A stretch of DNA of 54,442 nt from a bacterium (GCA_021812425.1 JAKANM010000001.1:1-54442); one strand, 5' to 3'. Shown: positions 44,802-54,180, numbered from the stretch's first letter. The notes: a model not told the origin generated them from the sequence alone. Program-made: numbers and translations.

Positions 44802-46817
44802 ATGAACGTCTCGGAACTGGCCCGGCAACTTAGAATTGATCCTGTTAAACTCCTGCAAGTTTTGCCTGAGTTCGGTTTTGACGTCGGCGCCAAAGCCGTG
44901 AAAGTCGACGATCGCGTCGCTCAGCAGATCCAGCGCCAGTGGAAACAGATTAAATTTATTTTAGAAAAAAGGGAAAAGGCGGAAAGAGAAAAACAAAAAG
45001 AACTTGAGAAAGAAGCGCGCAAAAAAAGCGGCGTTAGCGTCGAGATTCCCGCCAAACTGACCGTTCGCGAGCTGGCCGATTTACTAAAATTACCAATTAC
45101 GGTGTTGATCAAGGAACTCATGAAGAACGGCATCCTCGCCGCTCAGAACGAAAACATTGATCGCGATACGGCGGTTATTATTGCTGAAGATTTAGGTTTC
45201 ACGGCGAAGAAAAGTACCGCCGCGGTCGAAATAGCTACCAACGAACACGTTGAAGGACTTGAAGCGGCGCTCGGAGCCGGTAATCTTCAATCTCGTTCTC
45301 CGATCGTAGTTGTGATGGGTCACGTTGACCACGGCAAGACCAGCCTGCTCGACGCAATTCGCCATACCAATGTCACCGCCGGCGAGGCGGGTGGTATTAC
45401 CCAGCACATCGGCGCTTATCAGGTGATCTGGACCAATCCCAAAACCAAGAAAAAAGATCGTTTGACTTTTATCGATACTCCCGGGCACGAAGCGTTCACT
45501 GTTATGCGGAGCCGCGGCGCTAAAGTTGCCGATATTGCGATCCTGGTCGTGGCCGCCGATGATAGCGTGAAGCCGCAAACGATCGAAGCTATAAATATTA
45601 TTAAGGCCGCCAAGTTGCCGTATCTTGTCGCGATCAATAAGATCGACAAGCCGGGCGCCGATCCGAAACGCGTGCGTTCCGATCTCGCCCAGCACAATGT
45701 TTTGACTGACGATTGGGGTGGAGAAGTGCCGGTAGTAGAACTTTCTGCCAAGCAGAAATTAAATATTGATAAACTTCTCGACACGATTTTGATCATGGCC
45801 GACATTCATGCTGAGAATATCAAAGCCGATGCGACTCGTCCGGCGGCGGGCACGGTCATCGAAGCGCACGTCGATAAAGGCGCCGGTCCGGTCGCCACTA
45901 TTTTGGTACAAACCGGCACACTGCATGTTAACGACCCGATCATTATAAACGGCGAGAATTATGGTAAGGTACGCGCGCTCCGCGATTACCGCGGTGAAAT
46001 TTTGAAGGACGCGCCCCCAAGCACCCCGGTTAGAATTTTAGGTTTTAAGATTTCTCCGGCGGTTGGAGACGTGCTTGATGTTGGTCGAGCCGGATCTGCC
46101 GAGCAGGTGGACGTTCGCAGTAAAAAAGTCCAGCAAACCGGCGCCGAAAAACAGAATGTGGTCGCGAAGGAAGAAGGTGAAGAAGGTGAGAAACAGCAAG
46201 TCCTGAATGTCGTCGTCAAAGCCGATACGCTTGGTTCGCTCGAAGCGATCTCGGGTTCGCTCGAAACAATAAAAAATCAGGAAGTCAGCGTGAAGGTGGT
46301 AGGCAAAGGTCTCGGCAACATCACGGCCGACGATGTCACCCGCGCGCAGACTACCTCAGCTTTGCTTTTGGCTTTCAACGTCACCACGACCTCGCAATCA
46401 TTTGAAATGATACAGACGTTGGGTGTACAATATTTTGAGTATAAAATTATTTACGATCTTTTAAATAAAGTTAAAGCTGAACTTGAGAAATTGCTTCTGC
46501 CGGAAATTGTTTTGACCGAGCTCGGCAATTTCAAAGTCGTCGCCATTTTCCGCACCGCGAAAGGCGCGATGGTAGTCGGCGGCCGCGTGGAGAGCGGCAA
46601 ATTACAAAAGGACGCCAAGATTCGCGTGAGGCGCGCGGGCGAGGAAATCGGCGCCGGCAAAATTACTCAGCTTCAATCCGGCAAACAGGCGGTAAATGAA
46701 GTTCCTCAGGGCAATGAGTGCGGTCTCGAATTTACGGGCAAGTTGAAGTTGGAAGAGGGCGATGTGCTCGAGGCTTTCAAAGAAGAGAAAAAATATAAAA
46801 AATTAGTTTTATCATAA
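44802..46817 (+). CDS. infB: translation initiation factor IF-2
   Basis: G domain [25 protein letters not shown]-terminal domains are present. 671 aa. Confidence 0.95.
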   Translation: MNVSELARQLRIDPVKLLQVLPEFGFDVGAKAVKVDDRVAQQIQRQWKQIKFILEKREKAEREKQKELEKEARKKSGVSVEIPAKLTVRELADLLKLPITVLIKELMKNGILAAQNENIDRDTAVIIAEDLGFTAKKSTAAVEIATNEHVEGLEAALGAGNLQSRSPIVVVMGHVDHGKTSLLDAIRHTNVTAGEAGGITQHIGAYQVIWTNPKTKKKDRLTFIDTPGHEAFTVMRSRGAKVADIAILVVAADDSVKPQTIEAINIIKAAKLPYLVAINKIDKPGADPKRVRSDLAQHNVLTDDWGGEVPVVELSAKQKLNIDKLLDTILIMADIHAENIKADATRPAAGTVIEAHVDKGAGPVATILVQTGTLHVNDPIIINGENYGKVRALRDYRGEILKDAPPSTPVRILGFKISPAVGDVLDVGRAGSAEQVDVRSKKVQQTGAEKQNVVAKEEGEEGEKQQVLNVVVKADTLGSLEAISGSLETIKNQEVSVKVVGKGLGNITADDVTRAQTTSALLLAFNVTTTSQSFEMIQTLGVQYFEYKIIYDLLNKVKAELEKLLLPEIVLTELGNFKVVAIFRTAKGAMVVGGRVESGKLQKDAKIRVRRAGEEIGAGKITQLQSGKQAVNEVPQGNECGLEFTGKLKLEEGDVLEAFKEEKKYKKLVLS

Positions 46818-46835
46818 ATAAAATATATTTCTAAT

Positions 46836-47159
46836 ATGGAGCAAGTATTTACTGACGCAAATTTTGATGCCGAGGTGCTGAAATCCTCCTCGCCAGTGTT
46901 CGTTGATTTTTGGGCGCCGTGGTGCGGTCCGTGTCGTATGTCCGGCCCAATCGTCGACGAGATTGCGAAGGAGATGGAAGGAAAAAATATCAAAATCGGC
47001 AAAATGAATGTCGACGAAAACCAGACTACTCCTCAGCATTATAATATCCTCAGTATTCCGAGTTTCATGATCTTCAAGGATGGCAAGGTAGTCGACCAAG
47101 TCGTCGGCGGCGTGCAAAAGGAAAAATTACAGGAAATGATTAAAAGACATTTGGCATAA
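46836..47159 (+). CDS. trxA: thioredoxin
   Basis: WAPWCGPC active site. 107 aa. Confidence 0.95.
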   Translation: MEQVFTDANFDAEVLKSSSPVFVDFWAPWCGPCRMSGPIVDEIAKEMEGKNIKIGKMNVDENQTTPQHYNILSIPSFMIFKDGKVVDQVVGGVQKEKLQEMIKRHLA

Positions 47160-47169
47160 TTGATTTTTT

Positions 47170-48066
47170 ACGCCAGAGCTTCCAGAGGTCGAAACAATTA
47201 GAAATGATCTTCGTAAAAAGATTTTGAACAAGAAAATTGTTCAGGTCGAAATCCGCCAAGCCAAGGCGGTAAATTTTGAAAACAAATTTTTTGTTCAAGC
47301 GTTGCGCGGCAACTCCTTCGGGGAAATCGATCGTCGTGGCAAGTTGATGATTTTTCGATTGAAAAAAAGCTTCAAAATTTCTGGAAGCAGAGTAATTACT
47401 TCGGTGTTGGCTCATCTTAAGATGACTGGCCAGCTGATTTATGAAAAGAAAATAGGCAAAAAGGTAGAGGTGGTGGCAGGTGGGCATAAATTGATTGAGA
47501 AAGATTTTGATTTGCCGAACAAACATACGCAGGTGATTTTTACCTTTGACGATAGAGGTGAATTATTTTTCAACGATCTCCGGCGGTTTGGCTATATGAA
47601 ACTTGCAACTGTTGAAGAGGTTCAGAAAGTGTTGTCTGCATTCGGCATTGAGCCTTTCACCAAAAATTTTACTTATGAAAATTTTCTTGCCGCTCTTCTC
47701 AAGCGAAAAGTCACGATCAAGGTGGCGCTCCTCGACCAGAAGAAGATCGCCGGCATCGGAAATATCTATGCCGATGAAGTTTGTTTTTGCGCCGGAGTTT
47801 TGCCGACACGGCCGGTAGTTTCTTTATCGGCCGCGGAGAAGAAGAAAATTTTTGTCTGCATTACAGAAATTTTAAAAATGGCGATCAAACACCGCGGCAC
47901 TACCTTCAAAGACTATCTTGATAGTGAAGGCAAGAAAGGAAATTACACGGATTTTCTCAAGGTTTTCGATCGGGAAGGGGAGAAGTGCGGGCGTTGCGGC
48001 AATCTGGTAAAGAAAATAAAAAGCAACGGCCGGGGGACGCATTTTTGTCCCGGTTGCCAGCATTGA
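47170..48066 (+). CDS. mutM: formamidopyrimidine-DNA glycosylase (Fpg/MutM) with ACG in place of the initiator ATG
   Basis: The frame is open from 47164. ACG-CCA-GAG-CTT-CCA-GAG-GTC-GAA encodes (T)PELPEVE, the universal Fpg N-terminus. H2TH region and C-terminal zinc finger CGRCG...FCPGCQ are present. The ORF track starts only at the TTG at 47224, which would delete the catalytic Pro/Glu. Confidence 0.75.
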   Translation, partial: TPELPEVETIRNDLRKKILNKKIVQVEIRQAKAVNFENKFFVQALRGNSFGEIDRRGKLMIFRLKKSFKISGSRVITSVLAHLKMTGQLIYEKKIGKKVEVVAGGHKLIEKDFDLPNKHTQVIFTFDDRGELFFNDLRRFGYMKLATVEEVQKVLSAFGIEPFTKNFTYENFLAALLKRKVTIKVALLDQKKIAGIGNIYADEVCFCAGVLPTRPVVSLSAAEKKKIFVCITEILKMAIKHRGTTFKDYLDSEGKKGNYTDFLKVFDREGEKCGRCGNLVKKIKSNGRGTHFCPGCQH

Positions 48067-48111
48067 TTTTATAATATAAGTGCGGTAAGATGCTCATATT
48101 GTTGTTTTCTT

Positions 48112-50994
48112 ATGAAAAAATACGATCCAAAAAAAATCGAGAAGAAATGGCAGGAGTTTTGGGATAAAAAGAAAATAAATAAAACTGACAATAAATCGGA
48201 TCAGCCGAAGTATTATATTTTGGATATGTTTCCGTATCCATCCGGCGCCGGCCTCCACGTCGGACATCCGAAGGGTTATATCGCGACGGATGTGGTCGCG
48301 CGGATGAAAATGATGCAGGGGTATAATGTCCTCCATCCGATGGGCTGGGACGCTTTTGGTTTGCCGGCCGAAAATTACGCGATCGCGAATAAAGTTCATC
48401 CGAAAGTTGCAACTTACAAAAATATCGCGACTTTCAAGAAGCAACTCGGCAAAATTGGTTTTACTTATGATTGGTCCAGGGAAATTAATACCACTGATCC
48501 GGAGTATTACCGCTGGACGCAGTGGACGTTTTTGCAAATGTTCCAAAAAGGTTTGGCTTACGAATCATTCGAACCGGTCAACTGGTGTCCGGTCGATAAG
48601 ACCGTTCTTGCGAATGAAGATTTGGAAAACGGTTGTTGTGAGCGTTGCGGCAGTCCGGTCGAGCGGCGACCGATGCGGCAGTGGGTTCTTCGGATTACCA
48701 AATACGCCGACCGCATGCTGAACGATCTCGACAAACTTCCGAAGTGGCCGGAGGCGATCAAGGAGATGCAAAGGAATTGGATCGGGAGGAGTGAGGGCGC
48801 GCAGATCAAGTTTCCCCTTGCCGAAAAAGATAAATTTATTGAAGTGTTCACGACCCGTCCAGACACGCTCTTCGGCGTGACATATGTGGTCTTAGCGCCG
48901 GAAAATAAATTAGTCGATGAATTAAAAAATAAAATAAATAATTGGCCGGAGGTTGAAAAATATCTTAATGAAGCGAAGAAAAAATCCGACCTCGAACGCA
49001 CCGAACTTCAAAAAGAAAAAACCGGTGTGAAACTTGATGGAGTATTCGTAATGCACCCAATCACTAGAGAAAAAATCCCGGTTTGGATTGCGGATTATGT
49101 TCTCGCGAGTTATGGCACCGGCGCCGTTATGGCCGTGCCTGCGCATGACGAGCGTGATTACGAATTTGCAAAAAGATATAATTTGCCGATCAAGGAAGTT
49201 ATTCAGCCGTTGGTTACGAGAGAAAAGGGTGAGGATGGTTTTAGGAGAAACATACCTGTCAATGAACGCCACGCCGTGGTGGCGGTCATCAAACATTGGT
49301 CAGAGGATAAATATCTAGGAGTGGAATGGAAAAAAACCGGCTGGAAAGGTTTCGTGATCGGGGGGATTGAGAACGGAGAAAAAGCGGCGGATGCTGGAGT
49401 CAGGGAAATTGTGGAAGAGAGCGGTTACAAAAATGTTAAATTTGTGAGGCCGCTTGGCGGGATTGTCCACGCCCAGTTTTATCAAATGGTGAAAAATCAT
49501 AATCGTCTGGCGCATTTCGAACCGGCGTTGTTTCAGCTTGAGGACGGGGAAATGGTAGAAACTTCCGATGAAGAAAAAAATTTGCATGAATTTAAGTGGT
49601 TGAAACCTGAAGAATTTTCGTCCTACATCACGCATCCGGATATGCAAATTGTTTGGGACAGATTGCAGGGTAATTATTGTTATGGAGGCAATGAAAAAAT
49701 TGACGGGTTCTCGTTGGACGGAATATTGACCGCTTCCAGTGAGTTTGATGGTTTGGCTATCGCCGAAGCCAAAGAAAAAATAGTTGCCGAGCTCGAAAAA
49801 AATCATTTGGGCAAAAAACAAGTAAACTACAAACTTCGTGATTGGGTATTTTCGCGTCAGCGTTATTGGGGTGAGCCGATCCCGATTATCCATTGTGATA
49901 AATGCGGCGTGGTCGCGGTACCGGAGAAAGATCTGCCGGTTGAATTGCCGAAAGTAAAAAATTACGAACCGACCGGTACTGGCGAGTCGCCGCTCGCGAA
50001 TATCGCGAAGTGGGTCAACGTCGAGTGTCCGAAATGCGGCGGCCCCGCGAAACGCGAAACTAACACGATGCCGCAGTGGGCAGGGTCATCCTGGTATTAC
50101 CTCCGTTATATTGATCCGAAAAATTCCAAAGCGTTGGTTGATAAAAAATTAGAAAAATATTGGTCGCCGGTTGATTTTTATGTGGGCGGCGCCGAGCATG
50201 CCACTCGACATTTGATTTACGCTCGTTTTTGGCATAAATTTTTGTTTGATATCGGCGTCGTGAATTACGAAGAGCCGTTTACCCGTCTCCAGAACGTCGG
50301 CCTTATCATGGCCGAGGATGGACGCAAAATGAGCAAACGCTGGGGAAACGTGATTAATCCGGATGACGTAATTCTGAAGTTCGGCGCGGACTCTTTGCGC
50401 ATTTACGAGATGTTCATGGGTCCATTCTCGCAGGCTGTGGCGTGGAGCACGAATGGTATTATCGGCGCGCGCCGTTTTCTCGAAAAGGTTTGGTTTATGC
50501 AGGAGAAACTGGCGGATAGTTTTGAGGCTGATAAAAAATTACTTAATACTCTTCATCAGACCATCAAAAAAGTCAGCGAAGATATTGAGGATATGCGTTT
50601 CAATACCGCTATCGCCAAAATGATGGAGCTTGCAAACGAAATGTCAAAAGCGGAAAAAGTTTCTAAAGAAAATTTTGCTTTGTTTGTTCAGATTTTAGCA
50701 CCCTTTGCCCCTCATTTTGCGGAGGAACTTTGGGCTTCGCTCGGCCATAAGAAATCAATCTTCACCGAGGCTTGGCCAAAATTCGATCCAAAGCTCGCTG
50801 TATCTGAGACATTTACTTTAGCAGTTCAGATCAACGGCAAAATCCGGGATACCATCGAAGTCGAAGCGGAGATTTCCGAAGCGGGCGTGAAGGAATTAAT
50901 AATGAAAAGTGAAAAAGTTCAGAAATGGCTGGAAGGCAAAGAACCGAAGAAAATAATTTATGTGAAAGGGAAGTTGGTGAGCGTGGTAGTTTAG
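48112..50994 (+). CDS. leuS: leucine--tRNA ligase carrying an inserted Nudix domain
   Basis: HVGH, CP1 editing domain TTRPDTLFG, RDWVFSRQRYWGEPIP, KMSKR. There is an extra ~170 aa with the Nudix box GGIENGEKAADAGVREIVEESGY at nt 49360-49428. Confidence 0.95.
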   Translation: MKKYDPKKIEKKWQEFWDKKKINKTDNKSDQPKYYILDMFPYPSGAGLHVGHPKGYIATDVVARMKMMQGYNVLHPMGWDAFGLPAENYAIANKVHPKVATYKNIATFKKQLGKIGFTYDWSREINTTDPEYYRWTQWTFLQMFQKGLAYESFEPVNWCPVDKTVLANEDLENGCCERCGSPVERRPMRQWVLRITKYADRMLNDLDKLPKWPEAIKEMQRNWIGRSEGAQIKFPLAEKDKFIEVFTTRPDTLFGVTYVVLAPENKLVDELKNKINNWPEVEKYLNEAKKKSDLERTELQKEKTGVKLDGVFVMHPITREKIPVWIADYVLASYGTGAVMAVPAHDERDYEFAKRYNLPIKEVIQPLVTREKGEDGFRRNIPVNERHAVVAVIKHWSEDKYLGVEWKKTGWKGFVIGGIENGEKAADAGVREIVEESGYKNVKFVRPLGGIVHAQFYQMVKNHNRLAHFEPALFQLEDGEMVETSDEEKNLHEFKWLKPEEFSSYITHPDMQIVWDRLQGNYCYGGNEKIDGFSLDGILTASSEFDGLAIAEAKEKIVAELEKNHLGKKQVNYKLRDWVFSRQRYWGEPIPIIHCDKCGVVAVPEKDLPVELPKVKNYEPTGTGESPLANIAKWVNVECPKCGGPAKRETNTMPQWAGSSWYYLRYIDPKNSKALVDKKLEKYWSPVDFYVGGAEHATRHLIYARFWHKFLFDIGVVNYEEPFTRLQNVGLIMAEDGRKMSKRWGNVINPDDVILKFGADSLRIYEMFMGPFSQAVAWSTNGIIGARRFLEKVWFMQEKLADSFEADKKLLNTLHQTIKKVSEDIEDMRFNTAIAKMMELANEMSKAEKVSKENFALFVQILAPFAPHFAEELWASLGHKKSIFTEAWPKFDPKLAVSETFTLAVQINGKIRDTIEVEAEISEAGVKELIMKSEKVQKWLEGKEPKKIIYVKGKLVSVVV

Positions 50995-50996
50995 TT

Positions 50997-52490
50997 ATGG
51001 CAGAATGGTTTCGAAATATAATGCATTCAAAAAGCAAGACGTTTCTCGCGTTTTGCTTTTGTTTTATAGCGGGCAGCGCTATCGGTTCGTTGTTTATCAT
51101 ACCAAACGCCGTTGCATTTTATCTTTATCTTTCATTATTTTTTCTAGCCGCCGGATTAATTATATTTTGGAGTAAATTGTCCGCTCGATTTTATATTTTT
51201 TGTTTTTTATTTTTGGTATTCGGGCTATGGCGCTATGCGGTGACTCTTCCGGACTGCGGCAATCATTCTACACTTTGTTTTTATAATGGCCGATCGGTTA
51301 GTTTTGTCGGGATAGTAAGTGATGAGCCTCAGCAGAAAATTGACGGTATCTCATATACGGTGGCGGTGAATGATGTAGGCGGTCAGATGGTCACCGGCAA
51401 GGTATTGGTAAAAAATCGTCTGTATCCGGTTTATAGTTATGGAGATCAGCTCAGCATCAGCTGTAAACTTATGGCGCCCGAAACGCCGCCCGGCAGTGTG
51501 TTTCACTACGATAAATATTTGGCGCGGTTTGGAATTTGGTCGGCGTGCGGATACCCGAATCTTAAAAAAATTTCCAGCGGCGGCGGTAATCCGTTGTTTG
51601 GCGCTATCCTAAATTTTAAAACTTTCCTGAATAATCACGTCAATCTTCTCTGGGTCGAACCCGAGGGCAGTCTGATGTCTGGCTTGCTTTATGGCGCGCG
51701 CAGCAGTTTGCCGGCTTACTTAGTTGATGATTTTAGCCGGACCGGAATTTCGCACATCGTCGCCGTCTCCGGTTTCAATATCACGATCATCGCGATAGTT
51801 CTCATGAATTTGTTAATTTATTTGGGCTTTTTCAGGCAACGCGCTTTTTATGTTATCGTCGCGGTGACAATTTTGTTTGTGATTTTTACCGGTCTCACGG
51901 CCTCGGCCATTCGCGCGGCTGTCATGGGCATAGCGGTTTTGACGGCCAGGCAAGTCGGCAGGGGAACACGAATCGTGAATGTTTTGGTTTTGACGGTCGC
52001 GGTGATGCAGATTTTTAATCCGTATTTGTTAATTTGGGATGTTGGTTTTCAGCTTTCCTTCCTCGCCCTGGTTGGTTTGGTTTATGTGTCGCCGGTTATT
52101 ATAAAATTTATAAAATTGCCGGCGATAATTCAGGAACCGCTGGCGCAAACTCTCTCGGCCATCATCGCCACTTTACCTCTGATGCTCTATCAGTTTGGGA
52201 CGATTTCGTTATCAGCGCCGCTTGTGAATATTTTAATTTTATGGATTGTTCCCTGGCTCATGCTCTCAGGCGCTGTCACCATTGGTGTCAGTCTGATATT
52301 TTTTCCGCTTGGGAGGCTGTTCGCTTTCATCACGCATTTTGGTTTGTCTTATGTTATAATGATCGTGCAATTCTTTGGAGAAAAATCGTGGTCTAGCGCG
52401 TTAGTTCAGATTCCGCTGTGGCTGATGTTTCTTATGTATGGAATTTTAGTTTACATATTATATAGATATGCAAAGGATAAAAGTGTTTGA
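50997..52490 (+). CDS. comEC: ComEC/Rec2 competence channel protein (DUF4131 OB region plus competence TM domain), lacking the C-terminal MBL domain
   Basis: ATG at 50997, 2 nt after the leuS stop. GISHIVAVSGFNITII and many TM segments. No HxHxDH motif. Confidence 0.85.
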   Translation: MAEWFRNIMHSKSKTFLAFCFCFIAGSAIGSLFIIPNAVAFYLYLSLFFLAAGLIIFWSKLSARFYIFCFLFLVFGLWRYAVTLPDCGNHSTLCFYNGRSVSFVGIVSDEPQQKIDGISYTVAVNDVGGQMVTGKVLVKNRLYPVYSYGDQLSISCKLMAPETPPGSVFHYDKYLARFGIWSACGYPNLKKISSGGGNPLFGAILNFKTFLNNHVNLLWVEPEGSLMSGLLYGARSSLPAYLVDDFSRTGISHIVAVSGFNITIIAIVLMNLLIYLGFFRQRAFYVIVAVTILFVIFTGLTASAIRAAVMGIAVLTARQVGRGTRIVNVLVLTVAVMQIFNPYLLIWDVGFQLSFLALVGLVYVSPVIIKFIKLPAIIQEPLAQTLSAIIATLPLMLYQFGTISLSAPLVNILILWIVPWLMLSGAVTIGVSLIFFPLGRLFAFITHFGLSYVIMIVQFFGEKSWSSALVQIPLWLMFLMYGILVYILYRYAKDKSV

Positions 52491-53073
52491 TTCGGCAAAG
52501 GGTTACAATCTCGCGGCTAAGGAATATGATAAAAGACAAGCGTATTTGGACAGTTTTGAAAAAAAACAGCTACTGCCGTTGTTGGGCGATATTGCTGGCA
52601 AAAAGGTTCTTGATGTTGGGGCGGGGACAGGGCGACTCTCAAGCGAGTTGCAGAAGCTGGGAGCGGAGGTGACTGCGCTTGATGTTTCGGAACAGATGTT
52701 GCTTGAACTGCATCGGAAGAATAAAAATATTGAAATCGTGGTTGGAGACGCGGAAAGAATGCCATTTTCAAATGAAACATTTGATATCGTCGTCGCCGCT
52801 TTTCTTATTGTTCACCTCAAAAATCCTGAGCTTTTTTTTGATGAAGCTTATCGCGTTTTGAAAAATGGCGGAAAATTTCTGGTAACGAATATCAATCAAA
52901 AAGATCCGCCGAAAATTCATACCAAGGAAGGTGAGATCGTAATCGAGTCATTTTATCATCGGCCAGAGAAAGTTCGGGAGATTTTAGAAAGTTTGGCGTT
53001 TGGAATTGAGGATGACGTGATTGTGAAAGAGGGTGATGTTTGGGTGAATCAAATCATTGTGGCAAAGAAATAA
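52468..53073 (+). CDS. class I SAM-dependent methyltransferase
   Basis: VLDVGAGTGRLS (motif I), DAERMPFSNETFDIVV, and LKNGGKFLV. It overlaps the comEC end by 23 nt. Confidence 0.8.
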   Translation: MQRIKVFDSAKGYNLAAKEYDKRQAYLDSFEKKQLLPLLGDIAGKKVLDVGAGTGRLSSELQKLGAEVTALDVSEQMLLELHRKNKNIEIVVGDAERMPFSNETFDIVVAAFLIVHLKNPELFFDEAYRVLKNGGKFLVTNINQKDPPKIHTKEGEIVIESFYHRPEKVREILESLAFGIEDDVIVKEGDVWVNQIIVAKK

Positions 53074-53085
53074 AAAAATGCATCT

Positions 53086-53198
53086 AAAAAAGAAGAGAGA
53101 CCTTAGCCGAAGCTTTGGTCCCTATTCAGGAAAAGGGTGGGGAGGTTTGGTTGCAACTGTGAGTTGCCACTGTCACCATTCAACTTGTGTTTCCTGAT
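53086..53198 (-). ncRNA. candidate ~110-nt small RNA (orphan minus-strand promoter plus terminator)
   Basis: A minus-strand TTGACG-17-TACTCT (53233-53205) is followed about 85 nt later by hairpin GGGACCAAAGC-UUCG-GCUAAGGUCUC (53122-53097) and UCUUCUUUUUU. There is no minus-strand ORF. It contains CCUCCCCACCC. Confidence 0.3.
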
Positions 53199-53278
53199 GT
53201 CTATAGAGTACCACTAATACAAAACGGCGTCAAGAAGTTATTAGGAAGTTATGCACAGGTCAAATAACCGGTAATAAT

Positions 53279-54133
53279 ATGAATAAAAAAACGATAAAAA
53301 TAATGGCCTCGATATTTTTGGTGTTGTTTATTTCCGGCTTTATATTTTTTTATTATCGCTATTACGAATCCGAACTTCATAATTTCAAAGTAACATTTTT
53401 GAATGTTGGTCAGGGTGACGCGGCCTTGATACAATTTATCAACGGCGAAAAGATGCTGGTTGATTGCGGGCCGGATAAAATAATTTTGTCGGCGCTCGGG
53501 AAGAATTTGGCTTTTTATGATCGGAAGATTGACTATGTGCTTGCCACGCATCCAGACCTCGATCATTACGGCGGCTGTATTGATGTGGTGAAAAATTACA
53601 AGGTTAAAAAAATTATTACCAACGGTAAAGAAAAGCCGTATGATCCGTACTGGCGAGAGTGGAATAAGTCGATGATAGAGAGCGGCGCGGGGTTGGTGAA
53701 GATGGATAAGCCGGATGTTTGGACGATCGCGAGCGATACCTTGCAATTCGTTTCACCGGATCCGACGTTATCGCTTCAGGCGAAAGAAATTGATAATAAT
53801 AATTTTTCAATTGTTTTCCGTCTCACGCATGGGGACGAAAAATTTTTGTTCACCGGGGATATGGAGGAGCCGCTCGAGAAATTGCTTGGAGAGAGGTATT
53901 GCAGTTCGACTAGCACCTGTCTTCTTCAATCGGACATTCTTAAAGTCGGTCATCATGGCAGCGATGGCGCTTCAAGCGAGTTATTTTTAAGTTTTGTAAA
54001 ACCGAGAATAGCCGTAATTTCCGTGGGGAAAAATAAATATGGCCATCCGACCCTCCGAGCGATAAAACATATCGAACGCACTGGCGCGCAGATCGAGAGG
54101 ACGGATTTAGAGGGGGATGTTGTTGTGAGGTAA
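53279..54133 (+). CDS. membrane-anchored MBL-fold hydrolase homologous to the ComEC C-terminal domain
   Basis: N-terminal TM, FLNVGQGDAALIQ, ATHPDLDHYGG (HxHxDH-like), GDME, VGHHGS. Confidence 0.85.
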   Translation: MNKKTIKIMASIFLVLFISGFIFFYYRYYESELHNFKVTFLNVGQGDAALIQFINGEKMLVDCGPDKIILSALGKNLAFYDRKIDYVLATHPDLDHYGGCIDVVKNYKVKKIITNGKEKPYDPYWREWNKSMIESGAGLVKMDKPDVWTIASDTLQFVSPDPTLSLQAKEIDNNNFSIVFRLTHGDEKFLFTGDMEEPLEKLLGERYCSSTSTCLLQSDILKVGHHGSDGASSELFLSFVKPRIAVISVGKNKYGHPTLRAIKHIERTGAQIERTDLEGDVVVR

Positions 54134-54151
54134 TTGTCCACACCCTGCCCT

Positions 54152-54180
54152 TGACAAAAGACATAAAAAGGAGTATAATT
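54152..54180 (+). promoter_or_regulatory. perfect consensus promoter TTGACA-17-TATAAT reading into a GC-rich structured region
   Basis: TTGACA 54152-54157 and TATAAT 54175-54180. The 260 nt downstream, up to the window end, have no ORF longer than 10 codons. Confidence 0.6.

Noticed and set aside
50925-50996. Upstream extension of comEC (ORF-track start 50925), plus similar N-terminal extensions of rny (to 42562) and truB (to 43553)
   Set aside because: The extensions overlap the preceding gene or are non-conserved-looking sequence. Internal ATGs give the canonical N-termini (MNNALLLV for rny, MQLNKNFLLINKP for truB).
53249-53746. 165-aa ORF antisense to the MBL hydrolase gene
   Set aside because: The plus strand has the HxHxDH-type MBL motifs and an N-terminal TM. 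The antisense ORF has no features.
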